A stretch of DNA of 64,000 nucleotides, taken from contig JBFXEV010000001.1 of NCBI GenBank assembly GCA_050179755.1, positions 105,994 to 169,993 of the forward strand, read 5' to 3'. Positions 9,969-20,785 of the stretch are shown here, piece after piece. The notes below the pieces were generated by a model. It did not search any database. It had not been told where the DNA came from and was given only the letters and a program-made list of their open reading frames with translations. Origin of the DNA: Candidatus Babeliales bacterium. Lineage in GTDB: Bacteria; Babelota; Babeliae; Babelales; JBFXEV01. Within the stretch, counting starts at the first letter, position 1. Every line of letters starts with the position of its first letter. A program made the position numbers and the translations under genes.

Positions 9969-10811
9969 ATGATGATCAACAAACTTAAAAATAATTTTTT
10001 TTCAGTATTGTCAGCATTATGTTTCAGCACAGCGCTTATCTTACTTATTTTTCTGGCTCTAGAAAATCGCCTTAAGCAAGTCATTGATTATTCATTTCTT
10101 ACTACTATTTCTTGCACACAAACCCCACAAGAATTTCATAATCATGTTGTCGATCATCTGGTGACTACCAGTTGGCACCACATTGAAGCCCAAATAAAAA
10201 TTACTTTCAATGATTGCCAAGACTATGTTACCGAACATGAGGCAATCATGAAATTTATGAAAGAAAAAAGTACAAGAGAAAAAAAGGCACAGACTTCACT
10301 AAGCCGGCAAACGGCAGCTTTGATAAAAGAAGTACTTGTCGATTTTAATATCAGTCCCAACTCAATTGATATTATTGCAGATAACGCTTTAGAGAGTAGT
10401 GCTGCTGCCGATGCCTATGCAATCTATATCAATGAAACTAATTTTAATCGCTATAGCTATGAAGCTCAGCGGTTTATTATTGCCCATGAAATTGCACATT
10501 TTAAAAATAAAGACTCATCACTTCATATAGCTCTGGGCGACTTATCACGTATGCATTTTGCATATTTTGATACCAAACCATGCGTAACGTATTTATGCCA
10601 TGCACATGAACATCGGGCTGATATGGACGCTATGCTCAAAAGCCTAGAATACACTAAAGCCGGCATTATGTTTTTTCACGAAGTACTCGACCGAAATGGC
10701 GATAATTATTGCGCCTCTCATCCACGGCCAAGCGATAGACTTAAAATTGCCAAGATGATGGAAGCTTTATATCTAAAACAACAAGCTTCTAGTGCTCGTG
10801 GTATGGCCTAA
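9969..10811 (+). CDS. Membrane-anchored M48-family metallopeptidase
   Basis: N-terminal TM; IAHEIAH, EHRAD, SHPRPSDRL. Confidence 0.85.
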   Translation: MMINKLKNNFFSVLSALCFSTALILLIFLALENRLKQVIDYSFLTTISCTQTPQEFHNHVVDHLVTTSWHHIEAQIKITFNDCQDYVTEHEAIMKFMKEKSTREKKAQTSLSRQTAALIKEVLVDFNISPNSIDIIADNALESSAAADAYAIYINETNFNRYSYEAQRFIIAHEIAHFKNKDSSLHIALGDLSRMHFAYFDTKPCVTYLCHAHEHRADMDAMLKSLEYTKAGIMFFHEVLDRNGDNYCASHPRPSDRLKIAKMMEALYLKQQASSARGMA

Positions 10812-10889
10812 TTGGCGCTAGCCGCCATTCCTGCTATACTCAGTTAATCATAACACCTCCACGACTCACATTTGTAATTAAAGGACATC

Positions 10890-12221
10890 ATGTCACACGC
10901 CAATAAACTTTCTTTAACCACCGCAATGCTCATTTGTATGAACGTCATGTTTGGCACCGGAGTATTTATTAATACCGTCCCACTTGCACGAGAAGCAGGC
11001 GCCCTCGGATTTTTTAGTTATTGTCTCATTGCACTGCTGGCCCTACCCCTTATGCTCTCTATGGCGGCAATTTTGGCCTATTACCCTTCCGGTGGTTTTT
11101 ATACATATGCTGCTGCTACCATTTCCCCTTTTGCAGGGTTTGTGAGCGCTTGGGCTTATTTTGTGGGCAAACTAGCTTCTGCTGCTCTCTTGGTAAACGT
11201 ATTTGTAACTTTATTAAAAAACATATTCCCTGCTCTTGCGATCAACAGCCTATTGTTAAATAGCGCCATACTCATTCTTTTTGCATGGCTTAATTTACAT
11301 AGAGCAGAAACTGGCCGAAAGATAATGTATTTGTTTATGGTTCTTAAACTTATGCCTATACTATTTGCTATTTTAAGTTGCTTGTATCTATTCAATTATT
11401 GGAGCATGCCGCCAGAAACATTCTTGTGGGAAGGCATACCCGCCACGTTGCCGTTAGTACTTTATGCGTTTATTGGTTTTGAAGTTGCAACGTCTATTAG
11501 CCGCAATATTGAAAATGCACGTGAAAATGCACCAAAAGTAATTCTTTATTCATATTTTACCGTGATTACTTTTACCATCGTCTATCAACTTTTTTTCTTT
11601 TTGGCTGTAGGTACCGATCTTATGGCACAAACAGATTTTTTAGGAGCATTTCCTGCTTTGCTACATAAACTCATGCCTACACGGCCGATTATTGCCATGC
11701 ACGCCAAAAACTTAATTCATTTGATTGCAGCAACCTCTGCACTTGGCGGTGCTTATGGCATCTTATTTAGTAATCATTGGAACTTATACGCGCTCGCACA
11801 ACACAAGCATACGTGGTTTTCAAAAGCTCTCACGCGCATGAATAAATACGAAATACCATTTTGGGGTGTTATTTTAGAAGCTGTTATTTGTATTAGCTAT
11901 TTGGCTCTTGCGCAAGGCAAAACTACGGTGTTACAACAAATTAGTGTGTTTGGATGCTTAATCTCTTATGCTTTTACCATTATTGCTTTACTGAAAGTGT
12001 ATCAACAGGAACAATGCAAAAACAAAGACACTGCGCATTCTACACTACTGCCGTGGCTTGCAATCCTGAGTTGCCTAGGGCTTTCAACTATGTGCGTACG
12101 CAACTTACTCATTCACGGACCTACCGCACTCTATGCTTTTTTTGGCTTAATCGCATTGGGCATTGTTATGTTCATAGCAACCAAAAAAGAACATGCCTTA
12201 TTGGACCTTCAAAAGCATTAA
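10890..12221 (+). CDS. APC-superfamily amino acid permease
   Basis: About 12 TM; MFGTGVF, PSGGFYTY, YAFIGFE motifs. Confidence 0.9.
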   Translation: MSHANKLSLTTAMLICMNVMFGTGVFINTVPLAREAGALGFFSYCLIALLALPLMLSMAAILAYYPSGGFYTYAAATISPFAGFVSAWAYFVGKLASAALLVNVFVTLLKNIFPALAINSLLLNSAILILFAWLNLHRAETGRKIMYLFMVLKLMPILFAILSCLYLFNYWSMPPETFLWEGIPATLPLVLYAFIGFEVATSISRNIENARENAPKVILYSYFTVITFTIVYQLFFFLAVGTDLMAQTDFLGAFPALLHKLMPTRPIIAMHAKNLIHLIAATSALGGAYGILFSNHWNLYALAQHKHTWFSKALTRMNKYEIPFWGVILEAVICISYLALAQGKTTVLQQISVFGCLISYAFTIIALLKVYQQEQCKNKDTAHSTLLPWLAILSCLGLSTMCVRNLLIHGPTALYAFFGLIALGIVMFIATKKEHALLDLQKH

Positions 12222-13259
12222 CGCTAGAATACATAAAATTAACGTAATAATGCTAAAGCGCGTTACTATTTTAGCTTCAGGCCAACCCAGTAATTCAAAA
12301 TGATGGTGAATGGGCGCCATCTTAAAAAGACGTTTACCAAAATATTTAAACGAAGCAACTTGCAAGATAACTGAAAGCACTTCAACCACAAAAAGACCTC
12401 CTGCAAGAGGTAATAATAATTCTTGTTTTGCCATGATGCCAATTAAAGCAAGCACGCTTCCCAATGCCAAAGAGCCAACGTCTCCCATAAAAATTTGCGC
12501 AGGATATGCGTTATACCACAAAAATCCTATTGATGCTCCCACCAAAGATGCTGCAAGCACGCTTACCTCTGAAGAAGCTGCAAGCGGCATATGTAAATAA
12601 GCAGCAATAGTTGCATGCCCTGCAAGATATGCGATGATCGCAAAAGTACAATAATTTATGATAAGTGAACCAATTGCAAGCCCATCAAGACCATCTGTTA
12701 AATTTACGGCGTTACTAAACGCTACCAGAATAAATATCACCCATGGAATAAACAATATGCCAAGCACCGGAGAAAAAGAAGTAAAAAGAGGCACGCTAAC
12801 CGCTGTTGAAATGCCAGAAATATACAATAAAATAGCCACTATTAGTGCCACTAAAATCTGAAGCCTTGATTTAAGTTTGGCAGAAATTCCCTTGCGATGA
12901 CTAATCTTTGACCAATCATCCCAAAATCCTATCGCACCAAAGCCTGAAATGCACAACAGTGCAATCCAAACGTAAGCAGATTGGAGGTTGCACCACAGCA
13001 AACAAGATGCAAAAACAGTGCCCAAAATAAACAAGCCCCCCATGGTTGGCATATTATCTTTTGCTCGATGAGAATCTGGAGTCCACTCACGAGCCTTGGA
13101 TCTAAAAAACTTGCCTGAAGCCTTTATATACCTATCACCAAATAAAAAAGAAAGGGACAAGGAGGTAAGTAAAGCTGCCATTGCCCTAAAGCTGACATAG
13201 TGAAAGGCGTTAGCCCAGGAAAGATAGTGCTTGAGAACAAGTGATACGTGGTAAATCAT
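12198..13259 (-). CDS. mraY: Phospho-N-acetylmuramoyl-pentapeptide transferase
   Basis: PTMGG, NAVNLTDGLDGL, FMGDVGSL, MAPIHHHFE. Confidence 0.97.
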   Translation of the reverse strand: MIYHVSLVLKHYLSWANAFHYVSFRAMAALLTSLSLSFLFGDRYIKASGKFFRSKAREWTPDSHRAKDNMPTMGGLFILGTVFASCLLWCNLQSAYVWIALLCISGFGAIGFWDDWSKISHRKGISAKLKSRLQILVALIVAILLYISGISTAVSVPLFTSFSPVLGILFIPWVIFILVAFSNAVNLTDGLDGLAIGSLIINYCTFAIIAYLAGHATIAAYLHMPLAASSEVSVLAASLVGASIGFLWYNAYPAQIFMGDVGSLALGSVLALIGIMAKQELLLPLAGGLFVVEVLSVILQVASFKYFGKRLFKMAPIHHHFELLGWPEAKIVTRFSIITLILCILALMLLKVQ

Positions 13260-13396
13260 AAAAATCTCATAAGGGTATAAAATTTTGGTCTAAATCCGGC
13301 ATATTACAGTGTAGCCGAGAGTTCATCACTCTACCAGGGCATATTTAAAAGGTTTTATACAAAAGCAGCCACCTAACCCTGCAAACCCCCCTTTTT

Positions 13397-13424
13397 TTGA
13401 CATAAAACTCAAAAATGGTACACT
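13397..13424 (+). promoter_or_regulatory. Sigma70-type promoter
   Basis: TTGACA-N16-TACACT with extended -10 TG. Confidence 0.6.
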
Positions 13425-13487
13425 GGGTATAGACAAAGAGAAATTGGCTAACCCAAAATCTCACAAATCTAACGGAAGGTATTAAAC

Positions 13488-14042
13488 ATGAAATTCGCTA
13501 TCTGGAATAACTCCTACAAGCTGGCAGTAGCCATCCTTGTATTGGCCACAACAGCAGTATGCAATCCGGCCGTTGCAGGATCATGGCGTGAAACATTCAC
13601 TGGTTTGGCTAAAAAAACCTTAATGTCTCTCCCTGTAAGTGCACAAAAACACATTGCAGGCACGCTTACTACTTATTCAACTCTATCCGAAGCCACTGAA
13701 TGGCGCTTAAAGCTCCTTGTGGATGACTTTTTGGATACCAACAATATGAGACCTTTTTCATATTACGTTGATGAATTTACGCAAATTATAGACGAAAATC
13801 CTGAGTTCTTTAAAGCGCTCTTATTTGAGCATGCACTCAGAGACGATACGCCAGATAAAGATGAAGTCATTATAGCACTTCGTGCCGCTTTAGAAAGAGC
13901 AAAGCACATGAGAAACGTTATTGTCATTAAAAGTATTGTCTATAAACCAATAAGCAAGTTTGTACGTAAAAACACCAAAATCCCTACTGATAAAGATGCG
14001 GAAGCAGCACTAAACTATCACGTAGGTCTTAATAAAGGTTAA
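13488..14042 (+). CDS. Exported hypothetical protein
   Basis: GGAAGG SD, signal peptide ending AVA, own promoter. Confidence 0.7.
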   Translation: MKFAIWNNSYKLAVAILVLATTAVCNPAVAGSWRETFTGLAKKTLMSLPVSAQKHIAGTLTTYSTLSEATEWRLKLLVDDFLDTNNMRPFSYYVDEFTQIIDENPEFFKALLFEHALRDDTPDKDEVIIALRAALERAKHMRNVIVIKSIVYKPISKFVRKNTKIPTDKDAEAALNYHVGLNKG

Positions 14043-14110
14043 GACGGGGATCTGGAGGTCTTTTTCGCGATATTTAATTGCGATACGTTTTATTACACGG
14101 TAAACTAGTC

Positions 14111-14142
14111 CCTAGGGAAGATTTTCTTCCTTAGGGATTTTT
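14111..14142 (+). terminator. Terminator-like hairpin
   Basis: CCTAGGGAAG-ATTTT-CTTCCTTAGG then GATTTTT. Confidence 0.45.
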
Positions 14143-14242
14143 ATATGCGCCATAAAAAAATACCCAAGAATTTATGTAAGACAATTGGCGAATATAATCA
14201 TTCTTAACTTTAGCGTAGTAGGATCGAGCCAGCAAAGTAATC

Positions 14243-16078
14243 ATGAACAAAAACATACAAGTAGACGTTATCGTAGTAGGTGGTGGGCACGCAGGCATAG
14301 AAGCTGCAAGCGCTGCCGCTCGCATGGGCTCACGCACTGTTCTCATCTCACTTAAAATTGATAAAATTGGCCACATGCCTTGCAACCCAGCGGTGGGTGG
14401 CGTTGGCAAAGGCCATATAGTGTTTGAAATTAGCGCATTGGGCGGCATAATGCCCAAATTGTGCACTCAATCATATATTCAAGCGCGTATGCTCAATACA
14501 AGCAAAGGTGCCGCTGTTCACGGCTTACGACTTCAAATTGATAAATATAAATACAATAAGCTCAGCATTGAAATGCTCAAAAACATGGATAACCTTACGC
14601 TTGTTGAAGGCATGGTTGACCGCATTTTGCTTGATGATCAAAAAAACGTGACCGGCGTAGAGCTTGCTGATGGCACTAGTATTACTGCACCGAGCGTTAT
14701 ATTGACTACCGGCACGTTTTTAAATGGCCTCATTCACATTGGCAACGTGCAAAAAGCTGCAGGCCGCGTGGATGAGCAAACCGTGACCAAACTAGCGCAA
14801 TTTTTATATAGCCTCAATCTTGAAATGGGCAGACTAAAAACCGGTACGCCACCACGCCTTGCGCGTGAAAGTTTAGATTTTTCCAAAATGGAATATCAAG
14901 AACCTGATCAGCTTGAATATTTATTTGAATTTGAACCACATAAAGCTGTAAGCACTCATCCCTGTTATATTACGCGCACCAACGAAACAACACACCAAAT
15001 TATTCGTGATAATCTGCATCTTTCTGCCATGTATAATGGCAACATCACCGGCATAGGCCCGCGTTACTGCCCTTCCATAGAAGATAAAATTGGCAGATTC
15101 CCTGATAAAACTTCACACCAAGTTTTTGTGGAACCCGAGGGTGCCGATACTAATGAAATTTACCCGAATGGACTTTCAACATCATTACCTGCATCAGTAC
15201 AAGAAGCATACATTCGTTCTATTAAAGGGTTTGAAAACGCTCAAATCATTCGCCCTGGCTATGCGGTGGAATATGATTTTGTATTGCCACATCAATTACA
15301 CCATACGCTTGAATTAAAACCAATACCAGGCCTCTTTTTGGCAGGCCAAATTAATGGCACAACTGGCTATGAAGAAGCTGCAGGTCAAGGAATTATAGCG
15401 GGAATTAATGCATCATTAAAAAGCAGAAACTTACCTCCTTTTGTATTAAGCCGGCAAGAGAGTTATATTGGCGTAATGATTGATGATTTGGTAACCATGG
15501 GTGTCGATGAACCATATCGTATGTTTACGTCACGCGCGGAACGGCGTTTATTATTGCGTCAGGACAACGTGTTTGCGCGTCTTGGCAAAAAAAGTTATGA
15601 ATTAGGTTTAATATCCAAAGAGCTCTTTGATGCCATTGAAGCAGAAAATACGCTCGTACAAGAAATTATTGCAAACGTACGCAAAAAATGCAATAAACAG
15701 AATTTACTTGAGTTACTCACCAATGATATGGGCAATCTTTCAAAACTGCGCGAGCTTATTGGCATGCGAGTCGGCGAACGCGTGCTCCACACCGTATGGT
15801 CAGAAATTAGATATGCACCCTACATTGTGCGAGAACTTGAAGAAGTAAAGCGTTCTGAGCAATATCAAGAACTTATTATTCCAAGTAATATTGAATATAC
15901 CAACATGCAAGGTCTTTCCAAAGAATTACAAGGCAAGCTCAACAAAGTGCGACCAGCAACCATTGCGCAAGCTGCGTTAATTCCTGGCATGACCCCCGCT
16001 GCAATCTCATTATTAATCTTTAAAGTGCGCAAAAAAAGTTATAATTGCATAGAAAACACAGACAGCGGTTGTAGCTAA
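14243..16078 (+). CDS. mnmG: tRNA uridine-5-carboxymethylaminomethyl modification enzyme
   Basis: GGGHAGIEA, CNPAVGG, RLKTGTPPR, GPRYCPSIEDK, GQINGTTGYEEAAGQG. Confidence 0.98.
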   Translation: MNKNIQVDVIVVGGGHAGIEAASAAARMGSRTVLISLKIDKIGHMPCNPAVGGVGKGHIVFEISALGGIMPKLCTQSYIQARMLNTSKGAAVHGLRLQIDKYKYNKLSIEMLKNMDNLTLVEGMVDRILLDDQKNVTGVELADGTSITAPSVILTTGTFLNGLIHIGNVQKAAGRVDEQTVTKLAQFLYSLNLEMGRLKTGTPPRLARESLDFSKMEYQEPDQLEYLFEFEPHKAVSTHPCYITRTNETTHQIIRDNLHLSAMYNGNITGIGPRYCPSIEDKIGRFPDKTSHQVFVEPEGADTNEIYPNGLSTSLPASVQEAYIRSIKGFENAQIIRPGYAVEYDFVLPHQLHHTLELKPIPGLFLAGQINGTTGYEEAAGQGIIAGINASLKSRNLPPFVLSRQESYIGVMIDDLVTMGVDEPYRMFTSRAERRLLLRQDNVFARLGKKSYELGLISKELFDAIEAENTLVQEIIANVRKKCNKQNLLELLTNDMGNLSKLRELIGMRVGERVLHTVWSEIRYAPYIVRELEEVKRSEQYQELIIPSNIEYTNMQGLSKELQGKLNKVRPATIAQAALIPGMTPAAISLLIFKVRKKSYNCIENTDSGCS

Positions 16079-16196
16079 GCTCGTTGCTCTTACGTGCACT
16101 TTACAATCACTTATTGCTCCAATCATCTTATATTCGGTATACTAAAAGGGTCTACAAATAACTCCACGATTTTTTCGCATAAAAAGGAAGTATACC

Positions 16197-16535
16197 ATGT
16201 ATACATATTTATTATTTGCTCTCTTGAGCGTAAGTTACTCAACAATTGCCATGCATCTTCAGCCAGGGCAATCAATCACCTGGCATACCAGACAATATCA
16301 AGTCACGGAACGTATTGAAAAAAATAATCAAATTACTATTGTAATGGCTCGTGACACGCACCATCTAGGCAACGTTCCCTTACGCACTGAATCTATTACC
16401 CGAATATTTACGCTCGACAACAATGATCCAACAATAACAAGCGGTACCTCTGCCTTCTCTCCTCAGGCCGTAAACACTCTTAAAGTGATTTCCTTTGTTG
16501 GTATACTTGCAGCTTGCACACTTCTTGCAAAATGA
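16197..16535 (+). CDS. Small exported protein with C-terminal TM
   Basis: AAGGAA SD, signal peptide STIA-M, hydrophobic C-terminus. Confidence 0.6.
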   Translation: MYTYLLFALLSVSYSTIAMHLQPGQSITWHTRQYQVTERIEKNNQITIVMARDTHHLGNVPLRTESITRIFTLDNNDPTITSGTSAFSPQAVNTLKVISFVGILAACTLLAK

Positions 16536-16676
16536 ACAATCAGAACATTCATGATTGAATTTTTATTGATACTGTAAGTCAAATTTATACCACAACTCAA
16601 TATCATATTGCATTTAATCACAAGAATTAGGTATACTTTTACTATCTAATCTCATTATTTAAAATTAAGGTCTTTA

Positions 16677-17165
16677 ATGCAGAAAAAATGTATAACTTTT
16701 ACGTTGTTCTTTTTTACGTCTCTTTTAAAAGGTGCAACAGCTGAACCTAAATCAAATAAACTTATAAATGCTCTCACTGCACAACCTACTCAAACAACTA
16801 GTGCTGAAATAAAACCATCTTCACCAAAAAGAACGATCACTATTAAAAATACTATCGAACCAAAAATGCTGACGTATAAACATTGGAGTGGCAATAAAGT
16901 GCCTGATCCTTTTAAAATTGTCATTGATGGCAAAGAAATCGCACCAGGCAAATCAATCACTGTTGCCATAGAAAATGATACGCTACCAGTACAATTTAGT
17001 TATTCATTTATGATGGGTTATAAAAAAGGAACTAATGAGGTCACTTTTCAAGTCCCTGAGCATAAAGATAATCTTAATCTTACTTTTTCATGGGATAATG
17101 ATTACCGCGTAATACTTGAACACGCAAAAGCTATTAAAAAGCAAGCTGTTCTTTCTCAGAGCTAG
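16677..17165 (+). CDS. Exported hypothetical protein
   Basis: Signal peptide, beta-rich mature region. Confidence 0.7.
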   Translation: MQKKCITFTLFFFTSLLKGATAEPKSNKLINALTAQPTQTTSAEIKPSSPKRTITIKNTIEPKMLTYKHWSGNKVPDPFKIVIDGKEIAPGKSITVAIENDTLPVQFSYSFMMGYKKGTNEVTFQVPEHKDNLNLTFSWDNDYRVILEHAKAIKKQAVLSQS

Positions 17166-17922
17166 GGGTAGCTTTAGTTGCTGATGCTCGCAAATGTAAA
17201 AGGCGCTCATTATATTGTTCTGGTGTTAGTGAAGGCGATAAGCGTTGAGATGTTGTCAAATACTCAGCTGCTCTCTCATATTCACCACTTGTTTCTAACA
17301 ATACAGAAGAATTCAAGCACGCGCGCCCTAAAAATTTATTTAAAAATGCACGCTTTCTTTCAACATTAACCTCTTTTTTTGGTAATGCCTTTATTGCTTT
17401 GTCTGCTGTTTCAATAATCCGCTGCCAACAAGCTCGTGCGTTATCCATGTCGCGCAAACAATAATAGGCAACTCCCAAGCCGTTCTGCACATGATAAAAA
17501 TAATTTTCACTTAATCTATGTTCTGAAAATAACAATAACTCTTTTGCGGCCTCATACTGGGCTTCACTCAAGGATATATACCCAAGTTGAAGAGCTGCCC
17601 ATCCGCGAGCAAAAGGCAGCCCTTGTTTGTGGTTATATGCTGCCATATACGCCTCTTTAGCAGGGACAATCCTCTGTTCGTCCCTAAAGACATCTCCTAA
17701 ACGTGCTTGCGAGGCCGACCATAATATAGTACCAGGATTATCCTTTATATATGCCTGCAATTTCTCTCTAAACCTTATGCGTGGTTCACCGTGTGCTTGA
17801 TAATCATACACTAATAATTCGCGTGCAATTCTACCCTGTTCTTGCACTTTTTTTTCTGCTCTATCCATGGAAATAAGGGGAAAAGATGAGTATAAAATAT
17901 ATATAAATATTAGACGCTTCAT
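17134..17922 (-). CDS. Exported TPR-like protein
   Basis: Signal peptide LIS-MD; TPR-like helices (ARLGDVF, LQLGYI, NGLGVAYY..AR..WQR). Confidence 0.65.
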   Translation of the reverse strand: MKRLIFIYILYSSFPLISMDRAEKKVQEQGRIARELLVYDYQAHGEPRIRFREKLQAYIKDNPGTILWSASQARLGDVFRDEQRIVPAKEAYMAAYNHKQGLPFARGWAALQLGYISLSEAQYEAAKELLLFSEHRLSENYFYHVQNGLGVAYYCLRDMDNARACWQRIIETADKAIKALPKKEVNVERKRAFLNKFLGRACLNSSVLLETSGEYERAAEYLTTSQRLSPSLTPEQYNERLLHLRASATKATPSSEKEQLAF

Positions 17923-18017
17923 AATAAGAGTCTCCGCTAAAAAACACCATTACGCATTCTACTCTACACCAGATCATATAAAATATGCAAGAAATCATAT
18001 ATCATACACCTTTTTAC

Positions 18018-18026
18018 TGATATACT
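18018..18026 (+). promoter_or_regulatory. Extended -10 element, probably giving a leaderless transcript
   Basis: TGA-TATACT ends 7 nt before ATG 18034; no SD. Confidence 0.5.
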
Positions 18027-18033
18027 AAAATAT

Positions 18034-19923
18034 ATGATACAGATACGCAATGCTTCGTTATCATACGGCTCTCAGACCGTTTTTGACGATATAAACCTTA
18101 CTTTTAATGAAACTGATCGAATTGGCTTGGTTGGCCTAAACGGCTCGGGCAAATCAACGCTTTTAAAAGCTGTTGGAGGACATACTGCCCTTGATGAAGG
18201 TTCAATAACTATTATTGGGTCAAAATCGTTTGCGTATTTACCACAGCATGTAGTCCTTGAATCCTCTAAAAATGTGCTCGATGAAGCTCATACTGCGCAT
18301 AAGGAAATATGGCCGCTTGAAGAAGAGCGGCGCGCCCTTGAAAAAAAAGAGGGAAATATAACCCCAGAAGAAGGCCTTCGTTTTTCAGAACTTGTGGAGC
18401 AACTTCTTGCGCTTGAAGCCCATAAAGCATTTGCTACCTCACAAGAAACACTGCTTGGCCTTGGTTTTACACCAGAGCATCTTAAAGCTCCGGTAAGTGC
18501 ATTAAGTGTAGGATGGAAAATGCGCTTGGTTCTTGCCAAGTTGCTCCTGCAAAAAGCAGATTTTTATTTATTCGATGAGCCAACAAACCACTTGGATATT
18601 GTTGCCAAAGATTGGTTTTTATCATTTCTTAAACAAGCCAATTTTGGTTTTGTTTTAGTGTGCCACGAGCGATATTTTTTAAATCAATTGTGTTCTGAGA
18701 TTGTTGAGCTTGAATTTGGTAATGCAACGCGTTACAAAGGCAATTACTCTCACTATGAAGAACAAAAAGAACATAATCTCATTGAGCTTGAACAAGCTGC
18801 AAAATTGCAACAAAAAGAAATTGATCGCAAAAAAGATACTATCGCCCGTTTTCGTGCCAAAGCAAACAAAGCACGCATGGCAAAGAGTATGGAGAAAGCA
18901 CTTGATCGCATAGAAATAATTGAATTACCGCCTTCACCTAAAAAAATTTCTATCAATTTACCAGCGCCAAAAGTACGTGCTGGCCAAATAATACTCACGG
19001 TCAAAAATGTGGGGCATTCATTTGGGCAAAAGCAAATTTTTAAAAATGCTTCATTTATGATACAACGCGGGCAACGAGTTGCTCTTATTGCTCCTAATGG
19101 TGTAGGCAAAACAACATTGTTTAATATCATAACCAAACATTACGAATTGCAAACTGGCTCTATTGAAATGGGTCATAACGTTGATGCTACCATTTTTCAT
19201 CAAGACCAAGACGCATGGCTTGATAAACACAACACCATTTTTGAAGAAGTGCTCAATAATGCGCCTACTAATAAAACTCCTGAGCAAGCACGCACGTTAC
19301 TTGGCTGCTTTTTATTTGGGCATGAAGATATTAGCAAAAAAATTGGTGTATTGAGTGGTGGTGAAAAGAATCGTGTGAGCATGGTAAAAGTATTGTTGCA
19401 AGATGCCAACTTTTTATTGCTTGATGAACCTACCAACCATTTGGATATTCCTTCAAAAGATATTTTGGTGAAAGCACTTAAAAATTATCAAGGCACACTT
19501 TTATTTGTCTCACATGACCATGACTTTATTAATGATCTTGCAACACATATTATTGCACTTGATGCACATGGCACTAAAAATTACCATGGCAATTACCATG
19601 ATTATTTAGCGCAAGTTAACGCATTCAATGCACAAGCAAGCGCAACACTACCGGTGGTACAACCACAAGATAAACAGCAGAAGAAAGTACATAAAGAACC
19701 TCTCGTTCATAAAAATATCTACGAGCTTCAAAAATTATCAAAGAAACTTGAACGTCAAATCACTCAACTTGAGCAGAACATTGAAAAAACACAACAAAGT
19801 TTCCTTGACCTAGCATATGGCACGCCAGAATTTGATACTAACCACAGAAAACTCATTCAACTTGAAGAGGAACTTAAAAAGACCTTTATTGAATGGGAAT
19901 CAATTCAACTGCAACTTGAGTAA
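18034..19923 (+). CDS. ABC-F family ATPase
   Basis: Two ABC cassettes (GLNGSGKS, APNGVGKT, LSGGE, DEPTNHLD twice), no TM, coiled-coil tail. Confidence 0.93.
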   Translation: MIQIRNASLSYGSQTVFDDINLTFNETDRIGLVGLNGSGKSTLLKAVGGHTALDEGSITIIGSKSFAYLPQHVVLESSKNVLDEAHTAHKEIWPLEEERRALEKKEGNITPEEGLRFSELVEQLLALEAHKAFATSQETLLGLGFTPEHLKAPVSALSVGWKMRLVLAKLLLQKADFYLFDEPTNHLDIVAKDWFLSFLKQANFGFVLVCHERYFLNQLCSEIVELEFGNATRYKGNYSHYEEQKEHNLIELEQAAKLQQKEIDRKKDTIARFRAKANKARMAKSMEKALDRIEIIELPPSPKKISINLPAPKVRAGQIILTVKNVGHSFGQKQIFKNASFMIQRGQRVALIAPNGVGKTTLFNIITKHYELQTGSIEMGHNVDATIFHQDQDAWLDKHNTIFEEVLNNAPTNKTPEQARTLLGCFLFGHEDISKKIGVLSGGEKNRVSMVKVLLQDANFLLLDEPTNHLDIPSKDILVKALKNYQGTLLFVSHDHDFINDLATHIIALDAHGTKNYHGNYHDYLAQVNAFNAQASATLPVVQPQDKQQKKVHKEPLVHKNIYELQKLSKKLERQITQLEQNIEKTQQSFLDLAYGTPEFDTNHRKLIQLEEELKKTFIEWESIQLQLE

Positions 19924-19925
19924 CT

Positions 19926-20699
19926 ATGCAACCAAAACTATTTCATGTATATGGCCCATTGTTTATTAATAGTTATGGTATTGCAATTGCCATTGGCTTA
20001 ATAATACTTGTTTTACAAACAAGTAAAGACAAGACTCTTAAAAAATATCTGAATGCCGATCAACTCTATGCTCTTATTATGCTTGGTATTTGTAGCGGCA
20101 TTGTGGGGGGGCGAGCATTATATTTGGTTACTAACTGGAGCGATCTTACTCATTGGTATGAAGTTTTTGCAGTCTGGCAAGGTGGCCTTTCTATTACTGG
20201 CGTTATTTTGAGCGTATTTATCAGCGCATGGCTCTACCTTTCTGCACATAGTATTCCCCTATTGCCTGTTACTGATCGGTTTGCAATCTATGCTCCGCTT
20301 GCTCAAGCATTTGGAAGACTGGGCTGTTTTATAGCAGGCTGTTGTTATGGCACGTTCTGCCAGCATTCGTGGGCTATTACCTATACGCATCGTGACGTAT
20401 TTGCGCCACTCTATGTTCCACTGCACCCCACGCAATTATATAGCGCATGCATACTTTTTTGTATTTTTATTTTTCTCTTGGTGCTATCCCGCAAATGTAC
20501 CATTAAGACCGGGCAATTAACGTTCCTTTACCTTCTTTTTGTAGGCCTTGAACGATTTATCGTTGATTTTTGGCGTGGTGATCGCACCTTTTTAGCAACA
20601 GACGTAGGAGGGCTCTCTGTACATCAACTGCTTTCTGGTGGTATAGTGATTATGGCACTCATTGCACTTATTGCAAATAAGCTGATAAAAAAGCGATAG
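19926..20699 (+). CDS. lgt: Prolipoprotein diacylglyceryl transferase
   Basis: GGR.LY, WQGGLS, AQAFGRLGCF, HPTQLY, ERFIVDFWRGD. Confidence 0.92.
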   Translation: MQPKLFHVYGPLFINSYGIAIAIGLIILVLQTSKDKTLKKYLNADQLYALIMLGICSGIVGGRALYLVTNWSDLTHWYEVFAVWQGGLSITGVILSVFISAWLYLSAHSIPLLPVTDRFAIYAPLAQAFGRLGCFIAGCCYGTFCQHSWAITYTHRDVFAPLYVPLHPTQLYSACILFCIFIFLLVLSRKCTIKTGQLTFLYLLFVGLERFIVDFWRGDRTFLATDVGGLSVHQLLSGGIVIMALIALIANKLIKKR

Positions 20700-20731
20700 C
20701 AATATTTATTCTAAAATATAAACAGATAAAC

Positions 20732-20778
20732 TCGTTCGTTCTGAGTGAAACGCAGTGAACGAAGCAAGAAACGAACGA
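20732..20778. repeat. Degenerate palindromic REP-like element
   Basis: TCGTTCGTT-CTGAGTG...CGAAG...AACGAACGA; shares CTGAGTG and CGAAG cores with 63166..63271. Confidence 0.55.
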
Positions 20779-20785
20779 TATAAAT

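Noticed and set aside
13260..14242. oriC near mnmG (gidA)
   Set aside because: Only one loose DnaA-box-like 9-mer (TTATACAAA near 13355); no box cluster or DUE repeats
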